DNA of 64,000 bases, taken from positions 172,479 to 236,478 of the forward strand of contig CAYXIK010000001.1 in the NCBI GenBank assembly GCA_964465315.1. The letters are read 5' to 3'. The notes beneath the pieces are model-generated. The model saw nothing but the letters and a program-made list of their open reading frames with translations. It searched no databases and had not been told where the DNA came from. The DNA is from an uncultured Gemmatimonadaceae bacterium. GTDB taxonomy: Bacteria > Gemmatimonadota > Gemmatimonadetes > Gemmatimonadales > GWC2-71-9. The number at the start of each line of letters is the position of its first letter. Position 1 is the first letter of the stretch. A program made the translations under genes and the position numbers. This document shows positions 9,569-18,811 of this stretch, in pieces.

Positions 9569-10045
9569 GTGGGTGATCGAGCTCGGGCGCTAAAGCTATT
9601 CGAGCGCGCGTACCAGTGCCAGTTGGCGGGGGATCTGGCGGGCGCGATCCATTTGTATCAGGCGTCGCTCGCCGAACAGCCGACGGCGGAGGCGCATACG
9701 TTCCTCGGCTGGGTGTATTCGTTCGAGCAGCGCTACGACGCCGCCATCGCCGAGTGCAAGCGCGCGATCGCGACGGATCCGAGCTTCGGCAATCCCTACA
9801 ATGACATTGGGTGCTACCTGATGGCCCTCGGCCGCGACGACGAGGCGATTCCCTGGCTCAAGCAGGCGATGGACGCGACTCGGTATGAGGCACCCCACTT
9901 TCCGCACGTGAATCTCGCCCGGATATACGAGAAGAAGGGCCGCGCGCTCGACGCGGTGGCGGAGTACGGTCGCGCGCTCGAGAAGCTGCCCGGCTACGCC
10001 CCTGCGCTGTCGTCACTCCGGAGGCTGCAGGCCCGGGTCAACTAG
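9569..10045 (+). CDS. TPR-repeat protein
   Basis: 158 aa with a GTG start. Several 34-aa TPR-like units (e.g. AEAHTFLGWVYSFEQRYDAAIAECKRAIATDPSF, GNPYNDIGCYLMALGRDDEAIPWLKQAM). Confidence 0.7.
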   Translation: MGDRARALKLFERAYQCQLAGDLAGAIHLYQASLAEQPTAEAHTFLGWVYSFEQRYDAAIAECKRAIATDPSFGNPYNDIGCYLMALGRDDEAIPWLKQAMDATRYEAPHFPHVNLARIYEKKGRALDAVAEYGRALEKLPGYAPALSSLRRLQARVN

Positions 10046-10049
10046 ACCA

Positions 10050-11162
10050 ATGTCGCTTCCCCGCGAGGACGCCAACCTCCCGCGAGCGCTTGCACTCGCG
10101 CTCGAACCCGACGAGCGCGTGCTCTGGTCCAGCCGGCCTGCCGTCGGGGCCTCGGCGCTCCGGCTCCTGCCCATCGTCCTCGTCTGCTTCGCGTTCGGCG
10201 CGGGCGTGCTCTGGCTCGCGAGCACGGGTCCGGGACTCTCGGATGCCGCCTCCGATCACCTCGCGCGTGCCATCTTTCGGCCGCTTGGCGCCCTGATCAT
10301 CGTGTTGGCGATTGGTGCGTCGGTCCAGGAATACCGGCGCATTCAACGGACGGTCTACGCCATTACCGACCGCCGCGTCCTGAGCATGGACGTCGCGTCG
10401 TCCGGAAAGATCATCGAGCTCCGCGCGCCGCAGATCGAGACGGTGCAGCGGACGGAGCGACGGGGCGGCACCGGCGATCTGGCCTTTCTCGGGACGGGTC
10501 AGCTCGCGCGCGCCGGCGACCCGCTCGATCGCGGCCGGTCCGGCGCCCGCCTCTCCTTCATCGGCGTTCCCCACGTGCGGGAAGTCGAGCGCGTCGCCAT
10601 GGGGTTGCGACCGTCGGCACCCCGAGCCGGCGCTTCTCTGTCAGGCCTCTCGCCGACAGCGGCAGCCCGGTTCGAGCTCGTCGCCGGCGAGACCCTCCAA
10701 TGGTTCGGGCGGCCCCGCGCGGACTATGTGCCGCGCCGCTTGCGACGCCAGATTTGGGGTGCGGTGGCATCGGTCATCGTGGGTGGCTCGCTGTACTTCT
10801 TCGCGCCGAGTCTAGGCGAGCCCGACCCGTGGTGGCGTCTTCTTCTTCTCTCAGGAATCGGGTTCCTTGCCGCAGTGCTATGGCGCTGGGTGCGCCACGA
10901 GCCGCCGGCGGAGTCGTACGCCGTGACGGACCGACGCCTGATCATCGCCTCCGATGAGGCGCAGCGAGCGGTCGCCTCGTTCGAGCGCATTGACCCGCAC
11001 GAGCTTGTGACGGATGTTCGCGCGGATGGCGTGGGAGCGATCTACTTCGCCCGGGCGAAGGAGCCGGGCAGGGATCGTCCGCAGCGAGTCGGTTTCATCG
11101 GCATTTCCGACGTACGGGCCGTGGAGCGGCTGGTACGGGAGATGTTTCTGCGGCGGCGCTAG
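10050..11162 (+). CDS. Membrane protein with two bacterial PH (bPH/DUF304-like) modules
   Basis: 370 aa. Two copies of a [2 TM + soluble domain] unit, each with the Y-A-[IV]-T-D-R-R motif (YAITDRRVLSM, YAVTDRRLIIA). Confidence 0.65.
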   Translation: MSLPREDANLPRALALALEPDERVLWSSRPAVGASALRLLPIVLVCFAFGAGVLWLASTGPGLSDAASDHLARAIFRPLGALIIVLAIGASVQEYRRIQRTVYAITDRRVLSMDVASSGKIIELRAPQIETVQRTERRGGTGDLAFLGTGQLARAGDPLDRGRSGARLSFIGVPHVREVERVAMGLRPSAPRAGASLSGLSPTAAARFELVAGETLQWFGRPRADYVPRRLRRQIWGAVASVIVGGSLYFFAPSLGEPDPWWRLLLLSGIGFLAAVLWRWVRHEPPAESYAVTDRRLIIASDEAQRAVASFERIDPHELVTDVRADGVGAIYFARAKEPGRDRPQRVGFIGISDVRAVERLVREMFLRRR

Positions 11163-11179
11163 CCAGGCGCGGGCACAAC

Positions 11180-11722
11180 ATGCATCCACAACTCCAGCTC
11201 ATTGCCGACGAATATCGCGGCGCGCAGCGGCGCCTCCATGAGCTCGTGAGCGCGATTCCGGCCGAGCGCTGGTTGCAGCGGTCCGACCCGGACCGCTGGT
11301 CCGTCGCCGAGTGCGTGGCGCACCTCAACCTCACGTCCGCCGCCTACCTGCCGGTGCTCGAGGAAGCCCTCGGACGAGCCGCAGCCGTAGGGGCGAGCGC
11401 CCCCGCCCGCTACCATCGGGATCCCGTGGGCTGGCTCCTCTGGAAGACCATGGGCCCGCCGGTGCGAGTCCGAATAAAGACGATCGCCCGATTTCTGCCG
11501 TCCAGCGCGGTGGCTCCGTCGATCCTGATCGAGGAGTTCGATCGCCTGCAAGCTGCACAGATCGAGTCGGTCGGGCGGGCCCATGGCCTGCCGCTCGAGC
11601 GGGTGCGGGTGGCGTCGCCGTTCAACGCGCGCGTGCGGTACAATCTGTATTCTTGTTTCACGATTCTGCCGAGGCATCAGCACAGGCATGTGTGGCAGGC
11701 TGAGCAGGTATGGGCACCATGA
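11180..11722 (+). CDS. DinB-family (four-helix-bundle) protein
   Basis: 180 aa. WSVAECVAHL and C-terminal H..RH..Q motifs typical of the DinB_2/DUF664 group. Confidence 0.75.
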   Translation: MHPQLQLIADEYRGAQRRLHELVSAIPAERWLQRSDPDRWSVAECVAHLNLTSAAYLPVLEEALGRAAAVGASAPARYHRDPVGWLLWKTMGPPVRVRIKTIARFLPSSAVAPSILIEEFDRLQAAQIESVGRAHGLPLERVRVASPFNARVRYNLYSCFTILPRHQHRHVWQAEQVWAP

Positions 11723-12408
11723 CCGCCCTCTCGTTTCGTGACCCGGCCGCCGCTCGCGCTGGCGGCTACGTCCTTGTGGTGGCGACGATCCTCATCGCCG
11801 TCGGACTGCTCTTCCATCCGGTGCCCGCCGGTGGGTTCGAGGAACGACCCTCGGTCCTCCAGAACACGCCCTGGTGGGGACCGATCCACGTCGCCATTGC
11901 CGCGGGTTTCGTCCTGTGCGTCCTCGGTACGCTGCTCATGCTCTTGGCTGGTGGCTCGCTCACGCGCGCCTGGACGCTGGCGCTCGGCTGGGGCGCCATG
12001 ACGGTGGGCATGGTGTTCTTCACCGGCGTGGCCCTCATCAACGGCTGGGTGATGCACTTTCTCGTGGGCCGCGGCGCGCCCACGACCGACCCCGTGCTGT
12101 ACGATGCGTTCAACCGCCTCCTGATCGGCTACGGCTGGCTCGGCAATCCACTTTTTCTCGTCGGCCTGACGACGCTCGCGGTGAGCGAGGTGTCACGTCC
12201 ATGGCTGGGACTCCCACGTTGGACGGCCTGGCTGGGCGCCGCAACCAGCGTGCTCTCGTGGGGGCGCGGAATCGGGTCGGCCACCGGACTTTATTTCCTC
12301 GAGCCACTCATCTTCGCGAATATCCCCGCATTTCTCTGGCTCGGTTACACCGGGTGGTTCATCGGCAGACGAGCACAGAGAACGAGTCTGCTCGGTCCCA
12401 GCGCGTGA
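11719..12408 (+). CDS. Hypothetical polytopic membrane protein
   Basis: For ORF 11710..12408, ATG 11719 gives an ATGA overlap with the DinB stop, though ATG 11710 is also possible. Six or so hydrophobic segments. I do not recognise the family. Confidence 0.55.
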   Translation: MTALSFRDPAAARAGGYVLVVATILIAVGLLFHPVPAGGFEERPSVLQNTPWWGPIHVAIAAGFVLCVLGTLLMLLAGGSLTRAWTLALGWGAMTVGMVFFTGVALINGWVMHFLVGRGAPTTDPVLYDAFNRLLIGYGWLGNPLFLVGLTTLAVSEVSRPWLGLPRWTAWLGAATSVLSWGRGIGSATGLYFLEPLIFANIPAFLWLGYTGWFIGRRAQRTSLLGPSA

Positions 12409-12941
12409 CTACGTGCGTCGCCCTCCTCCGGGCCATCAACTTGGGCGCACACAATCCGGTCCCGATGGCCGACCTGCGCGGCATGGTCACCCGGCTCGGT
12501 TTCGGGGCAGTTCAATCGGTGCTCCAGACCGGGAATCTCGTGTTCGAAAGTGATGGACGGACCGGTACGCAGCTCGAGCGCCTGCTGGAGGGTGAAGCGA
12601 AGAAACGCCTTGCACTCGAAACCGACTTCTTCGTCCGGAACAGGCGGGAATGGCGAACCGCAGTCACGCGCAATCCGTTCCCCAAAGAGGCAAAGGTCGA
12701 TCCGGCGCACCTGGTGGTAATGTTCCTGAAGGACGCGCCTGACGCCGAGAGCGTGGAGGCGCTGCAGGCCGCCATTACCGGTCCCGAGGTCGTACGTGCG
12801 GTGGGCAAGCAACTCTACGTCGTGTACCCGGGGGGGATCGGCCGCTCACGACTGACGAACGCTGTGATCGAGAAGGCGCTGAGCACGCGCTGCACCGGTC
12901 GTAACTGGAACACGGTGCTGAAGCTCGGCGCCCTCACCTGA
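12405..12941 (+). CDS. DUF1697-family protein
   Basis: I trimmed ORF 11874..12941 to GTG 12405 (GTGA overlap). VALLRAINLGAHNPVPMADLR...TGRNWNTVLKL matches my recollection of DUF1697. Confidence 0.75.
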   Translation: MTTCVALLRAINLGAHNPVPMADLRGMVTRLGFGAVQSVLQTGNLVFESDGRTGTQLERLLEGEAKKRLALETDFFVRNRREWRTAVTRNPFPKEAKVDPAHLVVMFLKDAPDAESVEALQAAITGPEVVRAVGKQLYVVYPGGIGRSRLTNAVIEKALSTRCTGRNWNTVLKLGALT

Positions 12942-12951
12942 GAGAAGTCGC

Positions 12952-13281
12952 ATGGCCTTCGACGAGAAGCTGGCAGGACGCATCCGCAAGCGGCTCGGCA
13001 AGCGCGCCGGCCTCACCGAGAAACAGATGTTCGGCGGTATCGCGTTTCTGGTGAACGGCAACATGTGCTGTGGGGTACACGGCGAGGAGATGATCGTCCG
13101 CCTCGCCCCCGAGCAGACCGATCGGGCCCTGTCCGATCCCCACACACACCTCTTCGACCTCACCGGCCGCCCCATGAAGGGATGGATCCTGGTGAAGCCG
13201 AAGGGGTTGGCCACCGACGCCGCCCTTGCCAAATGGGTGGGGGTGGCGACCAAATACGCCGGATCGCTGCCGGCCAAATGA
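12952..13281 (+). CDS. TfoX N-terminal domain protein
   Basis: 109 aa. MAFDEKLAGRIRKRLG...EKQMFGGIAFLVNGNMCCGV... is the pattern of the TfoX/Sxy N-terminal domain. Confidence 0.75.
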   Translation: MAFDEKLAGRIRKRLGKRAGLTEKQMFGGIAFLVNGNMCCGVHGEEMIVRLAPEQTDRALSDPHTHLFDLTGRPMKGWILVKPKGLATDAALAKWVGVATKYAGSLPAK

Positions 13282-13284
13282 CGT

Positions 13285-13311
13285 TGTCGATTCCGCACTC
13301 CCCCGAGCGAC
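13285..13311 (+). promoter_or_regulatory. Candidate ECF42-type promoter (TGTCGA-N17-CGAC)
   Basis: TGTCGA at 13285..13290, a 17-nt spacer, then CGAC at 13308..13311. It lies about 50 nt upstream of the DGPF gene start. It matches the -35 TGTCGA / -10 CGxC motif I recall for ECF42 target promoters. Confidence 0.45.
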
Positions 13312-13360
13312 TATCTAGCGTCCACGCCAGATCAACCACGATGCAGAAGGGGAGGGCACG

Positions 13361-13717
13361 ATGCAGTATCTCTGCTTGATCTACGAAGACGAAAAGCTGT
13401 GGCAGAGGATGCCGAAGGGCGATGCGGAGAAGGCGTACGGCGAGTATTTCGCCTTCACCGAAGGCATCAAGAAGAGCGGCCACTACATCGGCGGCAACCC
13501 GCTGCAGCCCACGAATACGGCGACTACCGTGCGCGTGCGGAACGGGAAGGTCTCGACCACCGACGGGCCCTTCGCCGAGACCAAGGAGCAGCTCGGCGGC
13601 TACTACCTCGTCGAAGCCAAGGATCTGAACGACGCGATTCACGTCGCCGCGAGGATCCCGGGCGCACGCCTGGGCAGCATCGAGGTGCGGCCGATCATGG
13701 AGATCCCGCAGCGCTAG
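13361..13717 (+). CDS. YciI-like DGPF protein
   Basis: 118 aa. MQYLCLIYEDE..., with the DGPF motif (TTDGPFAETKEQLGGYYLVEA). A GAAGGGGAGGG Shine-Dalgarno lies upstream. Confidence 0.85.
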   Translation: MQYLCLIYEDEKLWQRMPKGDAEKAYGEYFAFTEGIKKSGHYIGGNPLQPTNTATTVRVRNGKVSTTDGPFAETKEQLGGYYLVEAKDLNDAIHVAARIPGARLGSIEVRPIMEIPQR

Positions 13718-13734
13718 CGGAGGAGAGCCCCCGG

Positions 13735-15000
13735 GTGAGCGAGGCCGCGCCCGAATCGGTGCGCGATATGGTAGACCGCGTCTATCGCTCCGACTCGCGT
13801 CGCGTCCTCGCCACGCTGATCCGCCTGCTCGGCGATTTCGACCTGGCCGAGGAGGCGCTGCACGATGCCTTCGCGGCCGCGGTGGCGCGCTGGCCGGGCG
13901 AGGGCGTCCCGGCGAATCCGCGCGCGTGGCTCGTATCGACCGGTCGCTTCAAGGCGATCGATGCGATGCGGCGGCGAGCACGGTTTGACGCCTCGCTCGG
14001 CGAACTCGCCCGGCGACTCGATTCGGAAACGAGTGACCCGGTCGAGCCCGAGGGAGAGGGCGAGGGCGTCGCGGACGACCCGCTGCGCCTGATCTTCACG
14101 TGTTGCCATCCCGCTCTGTCGCCTGACGCGCAGATCGCCCTGACCCTGCGCGAAGTGTGCGGGCTCACCACCGAAGAGATCGGCCACGCCTTTCTGACGC
14201 CCGCGCCCACGCTGGCGCAACGCATCGTACGCGCCAAGGCAAAGATCCGCGACGCGCACATTCCCTATCAGGTGCCCACGCACGCGGCGCTGCCCGAGCG
14301 GCTCGACCAGGTGCTCCGAGTGATCTATCTCGTATTCAACGAGGGTTACGCTGCGTCCTCCGGGGCGTCGGTGACGCGTCACGACCTGTCGGGCGAGGCG
14401 ATTCGTCTCGGACGGCTGCTGGTGGAGCTCCTGCCGGAGCCCGAGGCGATGGGGCTCCTGGCATTGATGCTCCTGCACGAGTCGCGGCGCGCCGCCCGGA
14501 CCTCGACCGGCGGCGAGCTGATCCTCCTCGCCGATCAGGATCGCTCACTGTGGGACAGGGACCAGATTGCGGAGGGCAAGGCGCTGGTGGAGGACGCGCT
14601 TTCCTCTCGGCGGATCGGCCCCTATACCCTCCAGGCGGCGATCGCGGCAGTGCACGCCGAGGCGCCGAGCGCCGCGGCGACCCATTGGGCGCAGATCGTC
14701 GCATTGTACGACGTGCTGGCGCGCGTCGACCCGACGCCCGTGGTCGAGTTGAACCGCGCCGTCGCGGTCGCCATGCGGGACGGCCCCGCGGCCGGTCTCG
14801 GGATCATCGACGCGCTGCTCGCGCGCGGCGACCTGAACGACTATCATCTGGCGCATTCGGCCCGGGCGGACTTGTGCCGTCGTCTTGGGCGGACCGCTGA
14901 CGCCCGCGTGTCGTACCAACGGGCCCTGGACCTCACGCGGCAGGAGCCCGAGCGGCGTTTTCTCGAGCGAAGGATGCGCGAGCTCGACCTCGAGGCGTGA
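13735..15000 (+). CDS. ECF sigma factor with long C-terminal TPR-like extension (ECF42-like)
   Basis: I trimmed ORF 13399..15000 to GTG 13735, which is preceded by GGAGGAG. Sigma region 2 (AEEALHDAFAAAVARWPGEGVPANPRAWLVSTGRFKAIDAMRRR), region 4 (ALTLREVCGLTTEEIGHAFLTPAPTLAQRIVRAKAKI), and about 230 further residues (...YHLAHSARADLCRRLGRTADARVSYQRALDL). Confidence 0.85.
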   Translation: MSEAAPESVRDMVDRVYRSDSRRVLATLIRLLGDFDLAEEALHDAFAAAVARWPGEGVPANPRAWLVSTGRFKAIDAMRRRARFDASLGELARRLDSETSDPVEPEGEGEGVADDPLRLIFTCCHPALSPDAQIALTLREVCGLTTEEIGHAFLTPAPTLAQRIVRAKAKIRDAHIPYQVPTHAALPERLDQVLRVIYLVFNEGYAASSGASVTRHDLSGEAIRLGRLLVELLPEPEAMGLLALMLLHESRRAARTSTGGELILLADQDRSLWDRDQIAEGKALVEDALSSRRIGPYTLQAAIAAVHAEAPSAAATHWAQIVALYDVLARVDPTPVVELNRAVAVAMRDGPAAGLGIIDALLARGDLNDYHLAHSARADLCRRLGRTADARVSYQRALDLTRQEPERRFLERRMRELDLEA

Positions 15001-15052
15001 CTTGCCATACCGCGTCGAGCGATTGTCGCATGACGTGCAGGAGGAGCGGGAC

Positions 15053-16099
15053 ATGCAGAGAGGTCCGCGGCACCCTTCCGTCATCGCGCTCAGCCTGCTG
15101 GTGGTCGCCGCGGGGCTGTCCTGCACCAAGGACGTCACCCAACCCCAGCTCACGCTCACGCAGCTGACTGTGGGCGTGCCGTTGACCGACCGGGTCTCTC
15201 GCGGCAGCGCGAAGGTCTACGTGGCGGGCGTCTCGCCGCGCGTGGTCTACCGGGTCAGCATCACCGGGCTCACGGACGACGTGGATCTCTACGTGTTCGG
15301 CGCCGATAGCACGTTCTCAAGCGTCGCTCCGTGCCTGATCGACCGCACGGTTTTCGTCAACACGGCACCGGAGGACTGCACTTTCATCGCCGGTTATAGC
15401 CACCTGTTTATCGGAGTCGATGGAACGTTCGTCTCCGCCTCAACGGCGTCGTACACGATCGAAGTGGCGCCGGTGACGTCGTCGAACCGCCTCATCCTGT
15501 CGACGCCGGTGCCGGATTCCGTCGCTGGCGGGGCCGCGAACCTGTATTCGGTCGCCGTCACGCCCGGCACGGCCTACACCTTTAGCATGACCGGACTTAC
15601 CGACAGCAGCGCAAGTCTGAACGTTGCGGACGGCACGCAAGTTCATACCTCCTTCCCCAAGGCCTCACCCAAGGATTTCACGGTGACCGCGTCGGACACG
15701 GTGCAGTATTTCGCGGTGGACGGATTCAACGTCGCGGGAGCGAAGGGTCACTTCGTCATCCTGGCGACGCCGGCGCCCGTCGTGGTCACGCCAATCGTAG
15801 GTACCTCGGGCAACGTGCCGGCAGCGACACCGACGATCGGATGGGTCGCGACCCGAAGCACGAGCCAATACCACACGGACGGTATTGCCGCGGGCAACCA
15901 TACGGTCAGCATTGTCGGACTGACCGCGGCCGCCGATTTCCACGTGTACGCCGATGGGACATACTCGCTGGAGTCCACCTGCACGACGGAGACCACCGGA
16001 GTGAGGGAGTGTATCGTGACGGGTCCCTCGGCGTACTTCGCGGTGTCCGCGGGACCTGTGAACACCGTCGGGGCCGGTTACATCATGCTGGTGTGGTAA
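15053..16099 (+). CDS. Lipoprotein made of three PPC-like (pre-peptidase C-terminal-like) beta-sandwich repeats
   Basis: I trimmed ORF 14885..16099 to ATG 15053, preceded by GGAGGAG. Lipobox LVVAAGLSC. Three repeats of about 105 aa share Y-x-[VF]-S-[IM]-x-GLT-x(2,3)-[DA]-[LF]-x-V (VYRVSITGLTDDVDLYV, YTFSMTGLTDSSASLNV, HTVSIVGLTAAADFHVY). Confidence 0.65.
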   Translation: MQRGPRHPSVIALSLLVVAAGLSCTKDVTQPQLTLTQLTVGVPLTDRVSRGSAKVYVAGVSPRVVYRVSITGLTDDVDLYVFGADSTFSSVAPCLIDRTVFVNTAPEDCTFIAGYSHLFIGVDGTFVSASTASYTIEVAPVTSSNRLILSTPVPDSVAGGAANLYSVAVTPGTAYTFSMTGLTDSSASLNVADGTQVHTSFPKASPKDFTVTASDTVQYFAVDGFNVAGAKGHFVILATPAPVVVTPIVGTSGNVPAATPTIGWVATRSTSQYHTDGIAAGNHTVSIVGLTAAADFHVYADGTYSLESTCTTETTGVRECIVTGPSAYFAVSAGPVNTVGAGYIMLVW

Positions 16100-16112
16100 T
16101 GCCCTCACGGGA

Positions 16113-16709
16113 GTGATCGACGATCTTCTGAGCCTGGTGGCTCCGAAGCGCGGGCATTTCCGCCTCGAATCGGGCCATCACTCCGGCCTCTGGCTCGATC
16201 TCAATGGGCTGTTCACCGAACCGCGGCGCACCCGGACGTTCATTCCGGAGCTCGCCCGCGTCATCCGACCTCACGACGTCGCCGGCATATGCGGGCCACT
16301 GGTCGGGGGCGCGTTGCTGGCCCAGATGCTCGCGTCCGCTCTCGACGTCGAATTCTTCTTCACGGAGCGCGAAGCGCTGGAAGATGGCGACGGCCTGTAC
16401 CGCGTGCGCTACCGTCTGCCAGCGGGAGTCCGGTCGCGGGTGTGGGGCAGGCGGCTCGCGATCGTGGACGACGCGATCAGCGCAGGTTCGGCCGTGCGGG
16501 GCACGCTCGCGGAGCTCGAGGCACATGGCGCCGAGACGGTGCTCGTCGCGACGCTCCTGCTCCTGGGCTCCGAGGCGGCACGGTACTTCGCGGAGCGTGG
16601 TCTTCCGCTCGAAGCAGTGAAGCGAGTGCCGTTCGAGCTGTGGGTGCCCGCGGAGTGTCCGTTGTGCGCGTCCGGTGCGCCCCTCCAGGACCCCACCGCG
16701 GCCGTGTGA
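16113..16709 (+). CDS. Phosphoribosyltransferase-domain protein (PyrE-like)
   Basis: 198 aa. GHFRLESGHHSGLWLDL and the PRPP-binding loop LAIVDDAISAGSAVRGT. Confidence 0.75.
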   Translation: MIDDLLSLVAPKRGHFRLESGHHSGLWLDLNGLFTEPRRTRTFIPELARVIRPHDVAGICGPLVGGALLAQMLASALDVEFFFTEREALEDGDGLYRVRYRLPAGVRSRVWGRRLAIVDDAISAGSAVRGTLAELEAHGAETVLVATLLLLGSEAARYFAERGLPLEAVKRVPFELWVPAECPLCASGAPLQDPTAAV

Positions 16710-16778
16710 GAGGTTTGTGCGTCCTCACGTTCGGTGCTAGTGTCCAGTCCGAGGAGCGATTCCTACACGGAGGTCCCG

Positions 16779-17348
16779 ATGGTACCGCTGTCTGCGCTGC
16801 TGCTCCCCGTCCTGCTGTCCGCCGTGCTCGTCTTCGTCACGAGCTCGATCCTCCACATGCTCACGCCCTGGCACAAGAGTGACTACCCCAAGGTGCCCAA
16901 CGAAGACCGCGCGATGGATGCGATCCGCGGGCTCGGCATCCCTCCCGGCGACTACATGATACCTCGTCCCTCGAATCGGGAGGAAATGAAATCGCCGGCG
17001 TTCAAAGAAAAACTCAAGCGGGGGCCGATCTTGGTGTTCACGGTGATGCCGGGCGGCGGGTGGTCCATGGGGAAGCCGCTCGCGCTGTGGTTCGTGTACG
17101 CCGTGGTCGTCGGGGTTTTCGCCGCGTACGTCGCGGGAAGCGCGCTGCCCGCCGGGGCGCCGTTCCGCTCCGTCATGCGGTTCGCCGGCACCACCGCGTT
17201 CGTCGGATACACGCTCGGACTGTGGCAGCTATCGATCTGGTACCACCGGTCGTGGACCACGACGATCAAGGCCACGGTGGACGGGCTGATCTATGCACTG
17301 TTGACGGGCGCCGCCCTTGGGTGGCTCTGGCCAAAGTTGAGCGCGTAA
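16779..17348 (+). CDS. Hypothetical membrane protein
   Basis: I trimmed ORF 16734..17348 to ATG 16779, preceded by ACGGAGGT. Four hydrophobic segments. I do not recognise the family. Confidence 0.55.
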   Translation: MVPLSALLLPVLLSAVLVFVTSSILHMLTPWHKSDYPKVPNEDRAMDAIRGLGIPPGDYMIPRPSNREEMKSPAFKEKLKRGPILVFTVMPGGGWSMGKPLALWFVYAVVVGVFAAYVAGSALPAGAPFRSVMRFAGTTAFVGYTLGLWQLSIWYHRSWTTTIKATVDGLIYALLTGAALGWLWPKLSA

Positions 17349-17374
17349 GGTCGGATCGAAGCGCGACGCCGCGC

Positions 17375-18790
17375 ATGCACTTCCTGTTCGTAGCACTCCT
17401 GCTCGAGCTGGCAGTGGCCATGGCGGCCGGGGGGCAGACCTCGGCCGCCTTCGATTCAATCGACCGCTACATGGATGCGGAGCTCGCCCGGTATCGCATC
17501 CCGGGCGTTTCGGTCGCCGTCCTCCACGGCGACAGCGTCGTCTTCGCACGCGGCTACGGCTACGCCAACGTCGAGCTCCGTGTTCCGGCGAGCGACAGCA
17601 CGGTGTACCAATCCGGCTCCGTCGGCAAACAGTTCACTGCAGCGGCCGTCGTGATGCTCGCCGAGCAAGGTCGGCTGTCGCTCGACGACCCGATTACACG
17701 CTTTCTTCCGGAGGGCCCCGCCGCCTGGCGCCGAATCACCATTCGGCACCTCCTCACCCATACGTCGGGCATCGGCGACTATACCGACAGCACGCTGGAC
17801 GTGCGTCGAGACTACGCGGAAGCAGATCTCGTGCGCCTCGCCGCGCGCCAGGCCCTCGAGTTCGCGCCGGGAGAGCGGTGGAGCTACAGCAACACCGGCT
17901 ACGTCTTACTGGGCATCATCATCCATCGTGTCGCTGGCATGTTCTACGGCGACTTCCTCCGGGACCACGTGTTCCGGCCGCTGGGCATGCGCACGACCCG
18001 TATCATCTCGGAGGCGGACATCATTCCCAACCGGGCGGCTGGGTACCGCCTCGTGAATGACACCCTGAAGAATCAGGAGTGGGTATCCCCTTCGCTCAAC
18101 ACTACGGCCGACGGCGCGCTCTACTTCACCGTCCGCGACCTCGCGCAGTGGGCGATTGCCCTGAACCATTGGAGGATCCCGAGTCGGACCGGGCTCGAAG
18201 CGAGCTGGACGCCCGTCCGGTTGAACAGCGGAGGCACGTACCCGTACGGGTTCGGTTGGCAGATCACCCAGCAACGGGGGTTCCGGCGGATCGGCCACAG
18301 CGGCGCGTGGCAAGGCTTCCAGACCACGATTCAACGCTATCCGGACTTCGACCTCACCGTCATCGTGCTCGACAACCTCGCCGAGACGGCGCCCGAAACG
18401 ATGGCGATGAGCATCGCCGGAATCATCGAGCCACGGCTCATTCCTGCGCACGTGTGGCGAGGGTCGCCGTCGGGGGCCAAGCCACCGGAGACGATCGACC
18501 AGCTGCTGCGAGCCGTCGCGACGGGAACGGCATCGGATCGCTTGGCGCCAGGCCTCGACGCGTTCCTGTCCCCCGAACTACGTGACCGCATCGCGCGACG
18601 GCTCAAGCGCGCTGAGAACTGGACGTTCGTCGGCTGCGACGGCGTCGAAGGTCGCGGTCTCTCGCGTCTCGGGAGTCAGATTACCCGCATCTGCTACGCC
18701 AAGGGGCTCGGCCCTGCACCGAGCTCCCTCGTGACCGTGCTCTACGGAGCGGAGTGGCGCGCGGCGGGGATCGAGTTCTACTCGTTCTGA
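17375..18790 (+). CDS. Serine hydrolase (beta-lactamase/transpeptidase-like, class C/EstB-like)
   Basis: I trimmed ORF 17060..18790 to ATG 17375. Signal peptide present. SxxK (SVGKQF), YxN (YSNTGY) and HSG (in the KTG position). Confidence 0.85.
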   Translation: MHFLFVALLLELAVAMAAGGQTSAAFDSIDRYMDAELARYRIPGVSVAVLHGDSVVFARGYGYANVELRVPASDSTVYQSGSVGKQFTAAAVVMLAEQGRLSLDDPITRFLPEGPAAWRRITIRHLLTHTSGIGDYTDSTLDVRRDYAEADLVRLAARQALEFAPGERWSYSNTGYVLLGIIIHRVAGMFYGDFLRDHVFRPLGMRTTRIISEADIIPNRAAGYRLVNDTLKNQEWVSPSLNTTADGALYFTVRDLAQWAIALNHWRIPSRTGLEASWTPVRLNSGGTYPYGFGWQITQQRGFRRIGHSGAWQGFQTTIQRYPDFDLTVIVLDNLAETAPETMAMSIAGIIEPRLIPAHVWRGSPSGAKPPETIDQLLRAVATGTASDRLAPGLDAFLSPELRDRIARRLKRAENWTFVGCDGVEGRGLSRLGSQITRICYAKGLGPAPSSLVTVLYGAEWRAAGIEFYSF

Positions 18791-18811
18791 CTCGCCGCTG
18801 CTAGGCGCTCG

